Under the pieces are notes generated by a model. That model searched no databases, was not told the origin of the DNA, and worked only from the letters and a program-made list of their open reading frames with translations. From a virus, in the IMG/VR virus record IMGVR_UViG_3300009155_000044, positions 32,001-96,000 of that record: a stretch of 64,000 nucleotides of DNA. One strand, 5' to 3'. The translations under genes and the position numbers were made by a program. Of this stretch, positions 48,250-57,790 are shown piece after piece (position 1 is the first letter of the stretch; every line of letters begins with the position of its first letter).

Positions 48250-48398
48250 TTCAGAGCATCTGCATATTCAACTGGCATTGCTATGGCGAAAAGGAGTTGA
48301 ATAAGGTTGCATTGTTTTTTTAGTTGTCAAGGGCAAAATTTAAAGAAAAATTCCATTTGCTATTCTTGATTTCTAGACTATGGTGTAAGATATTAGCC

Positions 48399-49370
48399 AT
48401 GAGTATTTTTGACGAACAAGTATCTAGAAAACCCAACCTTTATCCCTGGACAGAGCAATTTATTGATGCTATGCATAACAATGCGTGGTCTCATAAAAGG
48501 TGGAATTTTAAATCGGACGTTCAAGATTTTAAAGTCTCATTGAGCGAGAGAGATAGGGAAATCATCATTCGCACATTGTCTGCGATTGGGCAAATTGAAG
48601 TTGCCGTTAAAACATTTTGGGCAAAATTAGGAGATAATCTTCCTCATCCAGCCATTCAAGATCTTGGTTTTGTAATGGCAAATACAGAAGTTGTTCATAA
48701 TAATGCTTATGAAGCACTACTAACAATACTTGATTTAAATGATGTGTTTGAGGAGAATCTCAAACTTGATTGGATTCAAGGAAGAGTGAAGTATTTGAAA
48801 AAGTATACTCATCGCTATTATAAAGATTCTAAAAAACAATTTCTTTATAGCATCATTTTGTTCACTCTCTTTGTCGAAAATGCTTCGTTATTCAGTCAGT
48901 TTTATGTTATTAACTGGTTTGGTAAAAATAACTTACTAAAAGATACTAATCAGCAAGTTAGATATACTAAAAATGAAGAGATGATTCATGGTCTTATTGG
49001 AATTCAAATCATCAATGATATTAGAAAAGAGTTCCCAGAATTATTTGATGCTGAACTAGAAGGGAGAATTTTGCACGAAGCTCAAGAAGCTTTAGTTGCA
49101 GAGTCTAAAATTATTGATTGGATTGTTAATGGAGCCGAAGAAGACTTATTATCTGCCTCAATTCTTAAAGAATTTGTGAAAAATAGAATCAATGAATCTT
49201 TCGGTTTGATTGGATTCAAGAAGGCTTTTTCAATTGATGACGAACTTCTTGCAAAAACAAAATGGTTTGATGAGAGTTTATACGGAAATACAGCGTCTGA
49301 TTTCTTTTACAGTACTCCAGTAGAGTATTCTAAAGATAATAAGAGTTTTGATGAAAATGATTTATTCTAA
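48399..49370 (+). CDS. nrdB: Ribonucleotide reductase class I beta subunit
   Basis: EVVHNNAY, VENASLF and NEEMIH metal-ligand/Tyr motifs; start MSIFDEQ. Confidence 0.93.
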   Translation: MSIFDEQVSRKPNLYPWTEQFIDAMHNNAWSHKRWNFKSDVQDFKVSLSERDREIIIRTLSAIGQIEVAVKTFWAKLGDNLPHPAIQDLGFVMANTEVVHNNAYEALLTILDLNDVFEENLKLDWIQGRVKYLKKYTHRYYKDSKKQFLYSIILFTLFVENASLFSQFYVINWFGKNNLLKDTNQQVRYTKNEEMIHGLIGIQIINDIRKEFPELFDAELEGRILHEAQEALVAESKIIDWIVNGAEEDLLSASILKEFVKNRINESFGLIGFKKAFSIDDELLAKTKWFDESLYGNTASDFFYSTPVEYSKDNKSFDENDLF

Positions 49371-49417
49371 AAAACTGGAGATTTATTAATAAGACATTAT
49401 AACTAACATAGAAAAGT

Positions 49418-50359
49418 ATGTTCATGGACAGTAAAAGTAAAATCCTGATTGCGGGAGCTAAGGGAATGGTTGGATCTGCAATCATAAGAAAATTAAAAGA
49501 AAAAGGATATAATAATATCGTTGCTGGAACTCGCGATTTGGTTGATTTCACAAATTCCAAAGAAACTAAATATTTCTTTAGTAGAGTAAAACCTGATTAC
49601 GTGTTTGTTGCCGCTGCCAAGGTTGGTGGTATTATTGCAAACAATAATTACAAAGCAGATTTTCTTTATGAAAATTTGATGATTCAGAATAATATTATTC
49701 ATAATGCCTATAATTTTGGAGTTAAAAAACTTCTGTTTCTTGGTTCTTCCTGCATCTATCCAAGACTTGCCACTCAACCAATCACAGAAGATCAGTTGAT
49801 GACTGGCGCTCTGGAGCCTACGAATGATGCCTATGCAATTGCAAAGATTGCTGGAATTAAACTATGTGAAGCATATCGTCAGCAGTATGGATTTAATGCT
49901 ATTTCTTTGATGCCAACAAATCTTTACGGTCCTAATGATAATTTTGATTTAGAAACATCACATGTTCTTCCTGCAATGATTTCAAAGTTTCACAATGCCC
50001 TTAACTATAGCAAACACTGTGAAGTGAAGCTTTGGGGAGATGGTTCTACAATGCGTGAGTTTTTACACGTTGATGATTTGGCAGATGCATGTTATATTTG
50101 TATGCAGAACTACGATGAAATGGGACATATTAATATTGGAACTGGTGAGGACATAATGATTAAACAACTGGCAGGGATAATTGCCAATATCGTTGGTTAT
50201 GATCGTGATATTAACTGGGATACAACAAAACCAAATGGAACTCCAAGAAAAGTTTTAAATATAGATAAAATTAAATCCTTTGGTTGGCAGCCTAAAATTA
50301 ATCTCTGTGAAGGTATTGAAAAAACTTATGAATGGTATAAGAAAAATATTATCGTTTAA
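49418..50359 (+). CDS. fcl: GDP-L-fucose synthase
   Basis: GAKGMVG, AAAKVGGI, LGSSCIYP, YAIAK, PTNLYGPNDNF, SHVLPA. Confidence 0.95.
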   Translation: MFMDSKSKILIAGAKGMVGSAIIRKLKEKGYNNIVAGTRDLVDFTNSKETKYFFSRVKPDYVFVAAAKVGGIIANNNYKADFLYENLMIQNNIIHNAYNFGVKKLLFLGSSCIYPRLATQPITEDQLMTGALEPTNDAYAIAKIAGIKLCEAYRQQYGFNAISLMPTNLYGPNDNFDLETSHVLPAMISKFHNALNYSKHCEVKLWGDGSTMREFLHVDDLADACYICMQNYDEMGHINIGTGEDIMIKQLAGIIANIVGYDRDINWDTTKPNGTPRKVLNIDKIKSFGWQPKINLCEGIEKTYEWYKKNIIV

Positions 50360-50424
50360 TCATCTAGGTAAAGCGATTTATTCTAAAAAAATATAGATTT
50401 AATAAATAATATAATATAATTAAC

Positions 50425-53202
50425 ATGGAAAAAAATATTTACTGGCTCAATGCAGATTCTCGCAAATTTTTAAGCAGCGGTTATTTGATGGACGGCGAAA
50501 CTGCTGAGCAGAGAATATCTGATGTTGCACAAACAGCAGAAAGTCTTTTATCTGTAAGCGAGGATTGTATTACTAAAGTTAATGATTACCTCAAATGCAA
50601 AAGTTTTGCTGAGAAGTTCGCAGACTATCTTGAGCGTGGATTTTATTCATTATCATCTCCTAATTGGTCAAACTTTGGCAGAAAAAGAGGTCTTCCAATT
50701 TCTTGTTTTGGAACTTATCTAGAAGATTCTATCGAGTCTATTACTGGTCATAAACTTGCTGAAATCAGCATGATGACAAAATCTGGGGGAGGCACTAGCG
50801 CATTTTTTGGCAATGTTCGTCCTAGAGGATCTAAAATTTCATCTGGTGGAGAATCAACAGGTTCAGTTCATTTTATGGAACTCTACGATAAGATGATGAC
50901 TGTTGTCTCTCAGGGAAATACGAGAAGAGGAGCTTGTGCAATATATCTTCCAATTGATCATGGTGATATCGAAGAATTTTTAAAAATTAAATCAGAAGGA
51001 AATGATATTCAAGAACTCTCAATTGGAGTCTGCGTCACTAATAAGTGGATGCAGGACATGATTGATGGCAATAAAGAAAATAGAAGAATCTGGGGTCTTG
51101 TGATTCAAAAGAGATTTGAAAGCGGATATCCATACATCTTTTTCTCTGATAACGCTAATGATCAAGCCCCTCAAGTTTATAAAGATAAAAATTTAAAAAT
51201 CAGTCATTCAAATCTTTGCGTCACTGGAGATCAAAGGGTTATTTCTAATTTTGGAATTTTAACGGCAAAAGAACTCTATGAAAATGGAGATGAGTTAATT
51301 CTTTTTGATAATGAAAAAGAAGTAAAAGCATCAAAAATGAAATTAGTTGAGAAAGATGCTGATGTTTTTGAAATTAAACTTGAGAATGGAATGTCGCATA
51401 AAATTACATCCTATCATAAAGTTTCTACAAAAGATGGGGATATAGCATGTCACGATTTAAAAATTGGAGATTCTGTTGCGGTTCAAACAAATAAGGGAAT
51501 TTTTGGAAATAATGATATGACCAAAGAAGCATTTCTTCTTGGTTTATATCAAGCTGATGGAACTCAACATAAAGATTATATTATGATTGATATTTGGAGA
51601 AATGATTTTGATTTAATTGAAGAAGTTCAAAATGCTCATGATTTCGTATCTGATAAATATAAAACTCAAATTTCTCTCTATAATAATAGAGTTTATCAAA
51701 ACGCTAGTTTTTGCAACTGTGTTGTTGCTGAAGGGTCTCATGAGAAAAAAAGACTATCTAGTAAAGCACTTAAAAAAGCATTGAATTTTGAAAAAGGATA
51801 CGTTCCAGAATGGATCTGGTCGTCCAATGAAGAAACGCTATGGCAATACATTAGAGGTCTTTACTATGCAGACGGAACTGTGTTTAAATCTAAATCATCT
51901 GGAGAACCACTTCAAATTTCACTAGCTTCAATTAACAAAGAATTTCTAGAAGAAGTGCAAATTATTTTAGCAAATCTTGGAATGCAATCATCAATTCGCC
52001 TTTTAAGAGAAAGTTGTGAGTCGTTACTTCCTGATGGACATGGAGGAAACAAAATGTATAAAACTAAAACTGCTTGGAGATTAATTATTGGAAATAAAAA
52101 TGATGCATTAGTTTTTAATAAAAATACTAAATTTCTTGATAGAAAAAATATTATTCTAGAGGATCGTGAATATAGAGATAATACTAAAAAATTCTATAAA
52201 GTTTCATCTATTTCTAATATTGGGCAAGAGGATGTCTATTGTTGCACAGTAGAATCAAAATCTCATCACTGGATCTGCAATGGAGTTGTTACTCACAACT
52301 GTAATGAAATAATGCTTGCTGATTCTCCAACAGAATCTTTTGTTTGTAATTTGTCATCTCTGAATCTGGATAAGTGGGAAGAGTGGAAAGATACTGATGC
52401 TGTTGAAACAATGGTATTTTTCTTGGATGCTGTCATGACAGAGTTTATTAATAAAACTGAAAACATGGCATTCATGAGTCATGCTCGCAACTTTGCAATC
52501 AATCAGAGAGCGCTTGGTATTGGAGTTCTTGGTTGGCATTCACTACTTCAGTCTAAAATGATTCCTTTTGAATCAATGGATGCTAAAATTTTAAATAACC
52601 AAATTTGGAAAACAATCAGAAATCGCGCCGATGTGGCTACTGAGAAATTAGCTGAAATCTATGGAGAACCAGCATTACTTGAAGGATATGGTCGTCGTAA
52701 TGTGACTACAATAGCTGTAGCTCCAACAGTAAGCTCAAGCTTTATTCTTGGTCAAGTCTCTCAGGGCATTGAACCTTTAAATGGCAATTACTTTGTTAAA
52801 GGATTAGCTAAGGGCGATTTCTCTTATCAAAATCCCTATTTAGAAAAATTGCTAATTGAAAAAAATCAAAACTCCGCAGAAGTTTGGAAATCTATTTTAA
52901 TTCGAGGAGGATCTGTTGCTCATTTAGATTTCTTGTCTGAAAATGAAAAAGCTACTTTTAAAACTTTTGGAGAAATCTCTCAGAAAGAAATTATCATTCA
53001 AGCCTCTCAACGTCAAAAATACATTGACCAAGGTCAAAGCTTAAACATCATGATTCCTCCTTCAGCATCTGCCAAAGAAGTTAATCAACTTATGATTTTT
53101 GCATGGGAACAAGGAATCAAAGGCTTGTATTATCAAAAGAGCGCTAATCCAGCGCAAGAACTAGCTCGCTCTATTCTCAATTGCGAATCATGCCAAGCAT
53201 AA
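50425..53202 (+). CDS. nrdA: Ribonucleotide reductase class I alpha subunit with intein (about 564 aa after splicing)
   Basis: LPISCF, spliced SNL-CNEI, VAPTVSS, GIKGLYYQ, C-terminal CESC. Confidence 0.95.
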   Translation: MEKNIYWLNADSRKFLSSGYLMDGETAEQRISDVAQTAESLLSVSEDCITKVNDYLKCKSFAEKFADYLERGFYSLSSPNWSNFGRKRGLPISCFGTYLEDSIESITGHKLAEISMMTKSGGGTSAFFGNVRPRGSKISSGGESTGSVHFMELYDKMMTVVSQGNTRRGACAIYLPIDHGDIEEFLKIKSEGNDIQELSIGVCVTNKWMQDMIDGNKENRRIWGLVIQKRFESGYPYIFFSDNANDQAPQVYKDKNLKISHSNLCVTGDQRVISNFGILTAKELYENGDELILFDNEKEVKASKMKLVEKDADVFEIKLENGMSHKITSYHKVSTKDGDIACHDLKIGDSVAVQTNKGIFGNNDMTKEAFLLGLYQADGTQHKDYIMIDIWRNDFDLIEEVQNAHDFVSDKYKTQISLYNNRVYQNASFCNCVVAEGSHEKKRLSSKALKKALNFEKGYVPEWIWSSNEETLWQYIRGLYYADGTVFKSKSSGEPLQISLASINKEFLEEVQIILANLGMQSSIRLLRESCESLLPDGHGGNKMYKTKTAWRLIIGNKNDALVFNKNTKFLDRKNIILEDREYRDNTKKFYKVSSISNIGQEDVYCCTVESKSHHWICNGVVTHNCNEIMLADSPTESFVCNLSSLNLDKWEEWKDTDAVETMVFFLDAVMTEFINKTENMAFMSHARNFAINQRALGIGVLGWHSLLQSKMIPFESMDAKILNNQIWKTIRNRADVATEKLAEIYGEPALLEGYGRRNVTTIAVAPTVSSSFILGQVSQGIEPLNGNYFVKGLAKGDFSYQNPYLEKLLIEKNQNSAEVWKSILIRGGSVAHLDFLSENEKATFKTFGEISQKEIIIQASQRQKYIDQGQSLNIMIPPSASAKEVNQLMIFAWEQGIKGLYYQKSANPAQELARSILNCESCQA
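51217..52299 (+). mobile_element. Intein in NrdA with LAGLIDADG endonuclease (361 aa)
   Basis: Starts CVTGDQRV, ends VVTHN before Cys; motifs LLGLYQADG and IRGLYYADG. Confidence 0.93.
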
Positions 53203-53240
53203 TTCCAGTCAAATTATTAAAAAAAAGTGTATTATTATTT

Positions 53241-54203
53241 ATGGAAATAGATTTTTCAGATAGAATTAAACAACTCTTCGACTCTTCAGAATCAGCAAAA
53301 AGATCTGGACCAAAAAGTGCCGCACAAACTCCATCTGCTCCAAGTGATCGCAAAAAAGGATCGTCTAAAAATCCTAAAGGATCAGCTGGAGAAGATGGTG
53401 GGAAAATTGAATTTGCTGAAAAAATCATAAATTCTTTGCAGGAAAAAGTAAGATCTCATAATGAAAATCATAGTAAGAAAGTCTCTCTATCTCAACTAAA
53501 GAAAATCTATAGAAGAGGTCTTGGAGCGTTTTCTTTATCTCATCGTCCAGGTCAAACTAGAAGTAGTTGGGCTATGGCTAGAGTGAATATGTTTTTAAAA
53601 ATGCTTCGTGGTGAAAAAGTTAAAGACTCTTACAGAAGTGCTGATCAAGACGTTGCATCTGGAACAGAACTATATCATGAAGAAAAGCCAGAAGACTGTT
53701 TTTGGAAGTTTGATTCTATTGATTTTGATCTTGCCCGAATTGATTTAATCAAAGCTGGAGTCGATTTATTTAATGAAGGAAATATTGATTTATCAGATAT
53801 TGATTACTCTGAAGCTGAAAAGAAAACCTTAAATAAACCATTTAGACTTCCAACTGGATCTAATAAAAAATTTGGAGTTTATGTTAAAAATGATAAAGGA
53901 AATGTTGTAATTGTAAAGTTTGGCGATCCAAATATGGAAATTAAACGCGACGATCCAGCTAGACGTAAGAGTTACAGAGCGAGGCATCAGTGCGATACTA
54001 ACATTGGTCCAAAATGGAAAGCTAATTACTGGAGTTGCAAATTTTGGAGTAGCAAGCCAGTATCCTCTTTAGCATCTGAGAATTATGATGATATTGATGA
54101 AGATGAAGAGGAATGGTTAGATGATGGTTTTATAGATCAAGAAGAGTTATTTGTTCACCTTCCAGAGCTTAGAGATATTCAAGAAAGCCTTGAAGATTTT
54201 TGA
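53241..54203 (+). CDS. Conserved phage hypothetical protein, two basic domains
   Basis: YRRGLGAF...WAMARVN and LNKPFR...FGDPNM...ARH.C...YWSC; start reassigned to 53241 after a GTGTAT box. Confidence 0.65.
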   Translation: MEIDFSDRIKQLFDSSESAKRSGPKSAAQTPSAPSDRKKGSSKNPKGSAGEDGGKIEFAEKIINSLQEKVRSHNENHSKKVSLSQLKKIYRRGLGAFSLSHRPGQTRSSWAMARVNMFLKMLRGEKVKDSYRSADQDVASGTELYHEEKPEDCFWKFDSIDFDLARIDLIKAGVDLFNEGNIDLSDIDYSEAEKKTLNKPFRLPTGSNKKFGVYVKNDKGNVVIVKFGDPNMEIKRDDPARRKSYRARHQCDTNIGPKWKANYWSCKFWSSKPVSSLASENYDDIDEDEEEWLDDGFIDQEELFVHLPELRDIQESLEDF

Positions 54204-54250
54204 TTTAAAAATTTGTGTTGAAGAAGTTGATTTGCAAGTTAAAATAGGTT

Positions 54251-54994
54251 GTGTCAGTTATTTTTACTTCTTACTTCTCTCTCAAGAAGCATCCTAATGA
54301 TCCTAATGATCGTTGGGTGATTGGTCGTCAAGCAGATGGCCGTGTCGCACAAAATGATTTTAAATATATTGAGTCTTGGTATAACTCAGTTAATGAGCTT
54401 TGTCTTGAGGGTCGTATTTTTTACGATAATTTATCTGATGAATTTTTAGAAAGATATACTACTAATAAAATTAAATTTATTAAAGTATTCCCATCAGATT
54501 ACTCTAATAATGATTGGAGATTTTTTTGCTATCGAAATTTTTTAGAAGAAAATAAATTTGATAATATTTTTCTTACTGATGGATCCGATGTCATAGTTGT
54601 TCAAGATCCATCTAAAATAATTTCTTCATTTCCTAGCACAGATTTATTTGTATGTAAAGACAGCATGTCTCTTAGTGAGTTTAATTATTTAGAATTGCAT
54701 AAGCAAGCTAGATGGGATGATTATGTTTTATTTGCTATAATGGCAAGCAGATGGGACTTAATCAATATGGGTGTAATTGGCGGGAATTACGATAACATAA
54801 TGTCATTTTTAAATAAATTTTGTGAAACAAGAGTAAAATTAGGAGCACCAGAGTTTAATTCTGATATGTGGACTGGACAATATGTATTTAGACATCTTTT
54901 ATCTGAAAAATCTCTATTAATAGGGGATCCATTTACTAGTAATTTTAAAAAATATGAAAATGATAGAAAGGATGTATATTTTATACATAAATGA
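54251..54994 (+). CDS. Putative GT-A glycosyltransferase-like protein
   Basis: FLTDGSDV and LINMGVIGG motifs; first gene of the glycan cluster. Confidence 0.55.
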   Translation: MSVIFTSYFSLKKHPNDPNDRWVIGRQADGRVAQNDFKYIESWYNSVNELCLEGRIFYDNLSDEFLERYTTNKIKFIKVFPSDYSNNDWRFFCYRNFLEENKFDNIFLTDGSDVIVVQDPSKIISSFPSTDLFVCKDSMSLSEFNYLELHKQARWDDYVLFAIMASRWDLINMGVIGGNYDNIMSFLNKFCETRVKLGAPEFNSDMWTGQYVFRHLLSEKSLLIGDPFTSNFKKYENDRKDVYFIHK

Positions 54995-55803
54995 AAAAAC
55001 ATATTTATCCATATATTATTGGTGGTCTCGGTAATATTTTATTTCAAATTGCTTGTATTTATGCATATGCATTAAAAAATAATTTAGATCCATTTTTATC
55101 TGAATCTTTATATATACAGACTAATCATCCTCATTTAAATACATATAAATGTAATTTTTTATCTAAATTAAATTTTAAAGATTCAAATAAAGATTTTAAA
55201 ATTTTAAAAGAAAAAACTTATAGGTATATCGATATTCCATCATATAATGATGATTTAATTTTTAGAGGATGTTTTCATAGCGAAAAATATTTTTTAAATT
55301 TTAAAAATGAAATTCTATCTTTATTTTCTTATGAAGATATAGAATTAAATAAAAAATATCAAGATATATTAAATTTAAATAACACATGCTCACTTCATGT
55401 CAGGAGAGGTGATTACTTAACGCTTCCTCAAAACTATCCAATCCATGATGCTTGTTATTATAAAGAAGCTATTAAACATTTTAATAATGATACAATATTT
55501 ATTGTATTTTCTAATGATATAGAATGGTGTAAAAATAATTTAAATAAATTATCATTAAATAAATTTATTTTCATAGATAATAATAAAGATTATGAAGATT
55601 TATACTTAATGAGTAAATGTAAAAATAATATAATTACAAATTCTACATTTAGTTGGTGGGGGGCTTATTTAAATCAAAATCAAAATAAAAAAATAATTGC
55701 ACCTAAAATTTGGTTTAAAGATAATTATTTAAATGAAATATGTTTAAATAATACAAATGGATTTTTAGAAGACTTAATACCCGAATCATGGATAACAATA
55801 TAA
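54991..55803 (+). CDS. Alpha-1,2-fucosyltransferase (GT11)
   Basis: GGLGNILFQ, SLHVRRGDY, FSNDIEWC, NSTFSWWGAYL. Confidence 0.92.
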   Translation: MKKHIYPYIIGGLGNILFQIACIYAYALKNNLDPFLSESLYIQTNHPHLNTYKCNFLSKLNFKDSNKDFKILKEKTYRYIDIPSYNDDLIFRGCFHSEKYFLNFKNEILSLFSYEDIELNKKYQDILNLNNTCSLHVRRGDYLTLPQNYPIHDACYYKEAIKHFNNDTIFIVFSNDIEWCKNNLNKLSLNKFIFIDNNKDYEDLYLMSKCKNNIITNSTFSWWGAYLNQNQNKKIIAPKIWFKDNYLNEICLNNTNGFLEDLIPESWITI

Positions 55804-56504
55804 AAATTGCAATATTAACAATAGCTACAAATAATTATAAAGATTTTTTAAATCCATTAATTGAATCTATTCAAGATAAATTTTTACCATTAAATACAAA
55901 AGATATTTTTGTATTTGCTGATAAAGATACAGTGTCTGATAAATATTCAAATGTAATATTTAATCAAATACAACACGAACCTTGGCCGTTCATCACGTTA
56001 AAAAGATTTCATTATTTTGAAAAAGTATTGAAAGATTTAACTGATTATGATATGGTTATATATTTTGATTGTGATTTAGAAGTTATTCAAAATATTAATG
56101 AATTTCCTGTATGCAGTTTATTCGGAGTAATGCATCCAGGAATTTATGCATATGGTAAAATGTGGGACATTGAGACAAATCCACAATCAACTGCATATAT
56201 TTCTCTAGAAAATGAAGGTATTTATCATCAGGGATGTTTTTGGGGTGGATCATCTAATGAAATATGTAAAATGATTTCTGAATTAAAAAATAATACACAA
56301 ATAGATTTAGCTAATAATATTATAGCAAAATGGCATGATGAATCTCATTTAAATTCTTACTTATTTAAAAATAAAAATAAATTAATTACGATTTCATCAT
56401 CATATTGTTATCCAGAAAATTGGGAACTTCCTATTGAAAAAATAATTATACATAAAGAAAAAAATATCAATCAATATCCAAAATTTCCAGGAATAAATAA
56501 ATAG
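55788..56504 (+). CDS. GT6 family alpha-1,3-Gal/GalNAc transferase (ABO-like)
   Basis: ILTIATNNY, WPFITLKRF, YFDCD (DXD), YHQGCFWGG, WHDESHLNSY. Confidence 0.88.
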   Translation: MDNNIKIAILTIATNNYKDFLNPLIESIQDKFLPLNTKDIFVFADKDTVSDKYSNVIFNQIQHEPWPFITLKRFHYFEKVLKDLTDYDMVIYFDCDLEVIQNINEFPVCSLFGVMHPGIYAYGKMWDIETNPQSTAYISLENEGIYHQGCFWGGSSNEICKMISELKNNTQIDLANNIIAKWHDESHLNSYLFKNKNKLITISSSYCYPENWELPIEKIIIHKEKNINQYPKFPGINK

Positions 56505-56540
56505 AATTAATAGAAAATAAATATATTATCAGTTAATATT

Positions 56541-57788
56541 ATGAAAAAAACAAACTGTAGAATATCAAATGACGAACTAGTTGAGCTTTTTACATTAGGA
56601 AATTTATGCGTTTCCGATTTTCTTGATAACAATAATCAAGAAGCGGAAAAATTTGAACTAAAACTCATGATGTCAAAAAAATCTGGACTAGTACAACTTG
56701 AATCTGGAGTTGATCCAGATAAGATGTACGGTAGATACTGGTATAGATCTGGAACAAACGATACAATGAGAAAGCAACTTAAAAATATAGTTGACTCTTG
56801 CATCTATATAAAGAAAAATTATGAAAATAGTTTATGGCTAGATATTGCTTGTAATGATGGCACATTATTAAGTTTTATTCCAGATAACTTTAGCAAATTA
56901 GGGATTGATCCAGTTGAAGATTCATATGTTAAAGAAAGCTCTAAATTTGCAAATCAAATTATTCAAGATTATTTTTCTTTAGAAGCTTATAATAAAAGTA
57001 TTTTTAAAAATAGAAAATGTGATATAATTACTTGTATTGCAATGTTTTATGATTTAGAAGATCCAATTTCATTCTTAAATGATATTAATAGCGTTTTAGC
57101 AGATGATGGATTATTTGTAGTGCAAATGAGTTATACGCCATTAATGGTCGAGCAATTAGCTTTTGATAATATTTGTCATGAACATCTAATGTATTATAAT
57201 CTACACTCTATCAAATATTTACTTGAGAATAATGGATTTAAAATAGTTGACTGTGAACTAAATGATGTTAATGGTGGATCTTTCCGAGTTTATATACAAA
57301 AATCAAATGCGGACACAAGCTCATTTGCAACTGCTCCATATAGAGATGTAGCAAAATTTAGAGTTGAATCGCTACTAAAATATGAACAAGATTTAGGTGT
57401 AATGTCAATTGATTACTATAAAAAGTTTTTTATTAAAATTGAAGATCTAAAAGAAAAAACCGTAAACTTTATTAAAGAGGAAAAAGCAAAAGGTAAATCT
57501 ATTTGGATATATGGAGCATCAACAAAAGGAAATACTCTTTTACAATATTTTGGGCTTGATAATTCATTAATAGATGGAGCGGCAGAAAGAAGTCTTTATA
57601 AATTTGGACTTAGAACTATTGCTACAGATATTCCAATTTATTCAGAACAAGAGATGAGAGATAAAAAGCCAGATTATTTATTAGTATTACCATGGCATTT
57701 TATAGATGAATTTAAAGCAAGAGAAAGTGAATTTCTAAAAAATGGTGGTAAATTTATAGTTCCTTGTCCAAAATTTGAAATAATTTAA
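56541..57788 (+). CDS. NDP-hexose C-methyltransferase-like protein
   Basis: YWYRSG, LDIACNDG, FDNICHEH, YGASTKGNTLLQY, VLPWHF. Confidence 0.85.
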   Translation: MKKTNCRISNDELVELFTLGNLCVSDFLDNNNQEAEKFELKLMMSKKSGLVQLESGVDPDKMYGRYWYRSGTNDTMRKQLKNIVDSCIYIKKNYENSLWLDIACNDGTLLSFIPDNFSKLGIDPVEDSYVKESSKFANQIIQDYFSLEAYNKSIFKNRKCDIITCIAMFYDLEDPISFLNDINSVLADDGLFVVQMSYTPLMVEQLAFDNICHEHLMYYNLHSIKYLLENNGFKIVDCELNDVNGGSFRVYIQKSNADTSSFATAPYRDVAKFRVESLLKYEQDLGVMSIDYYKKFFIKIEDLKEKTVNFIKEEKAKGKSIWIYGASTKGNTLLQYFGLDNSLIDGAAERSLYKFGLRTIATDIPIYSEQEMRDKKPDYLLVLPWHFIDEFKARESEFLKNGGKFIVPCPKFEII

Positions 57789-57790
57789 TT

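Noticed and set aside
53181-53240. N-terminal extension of ORF 53181-54203
   Set aside because: It overlaps the nrdA end; ATG 53241, 8 nt after GTGTAT, fits the late-gene pattern better.
8394-54787. The many 60-130 aa ORFs nested in or antisense to large genes
   Set aside because: They lie within well-supported CDSs and show no recognisable motifs.
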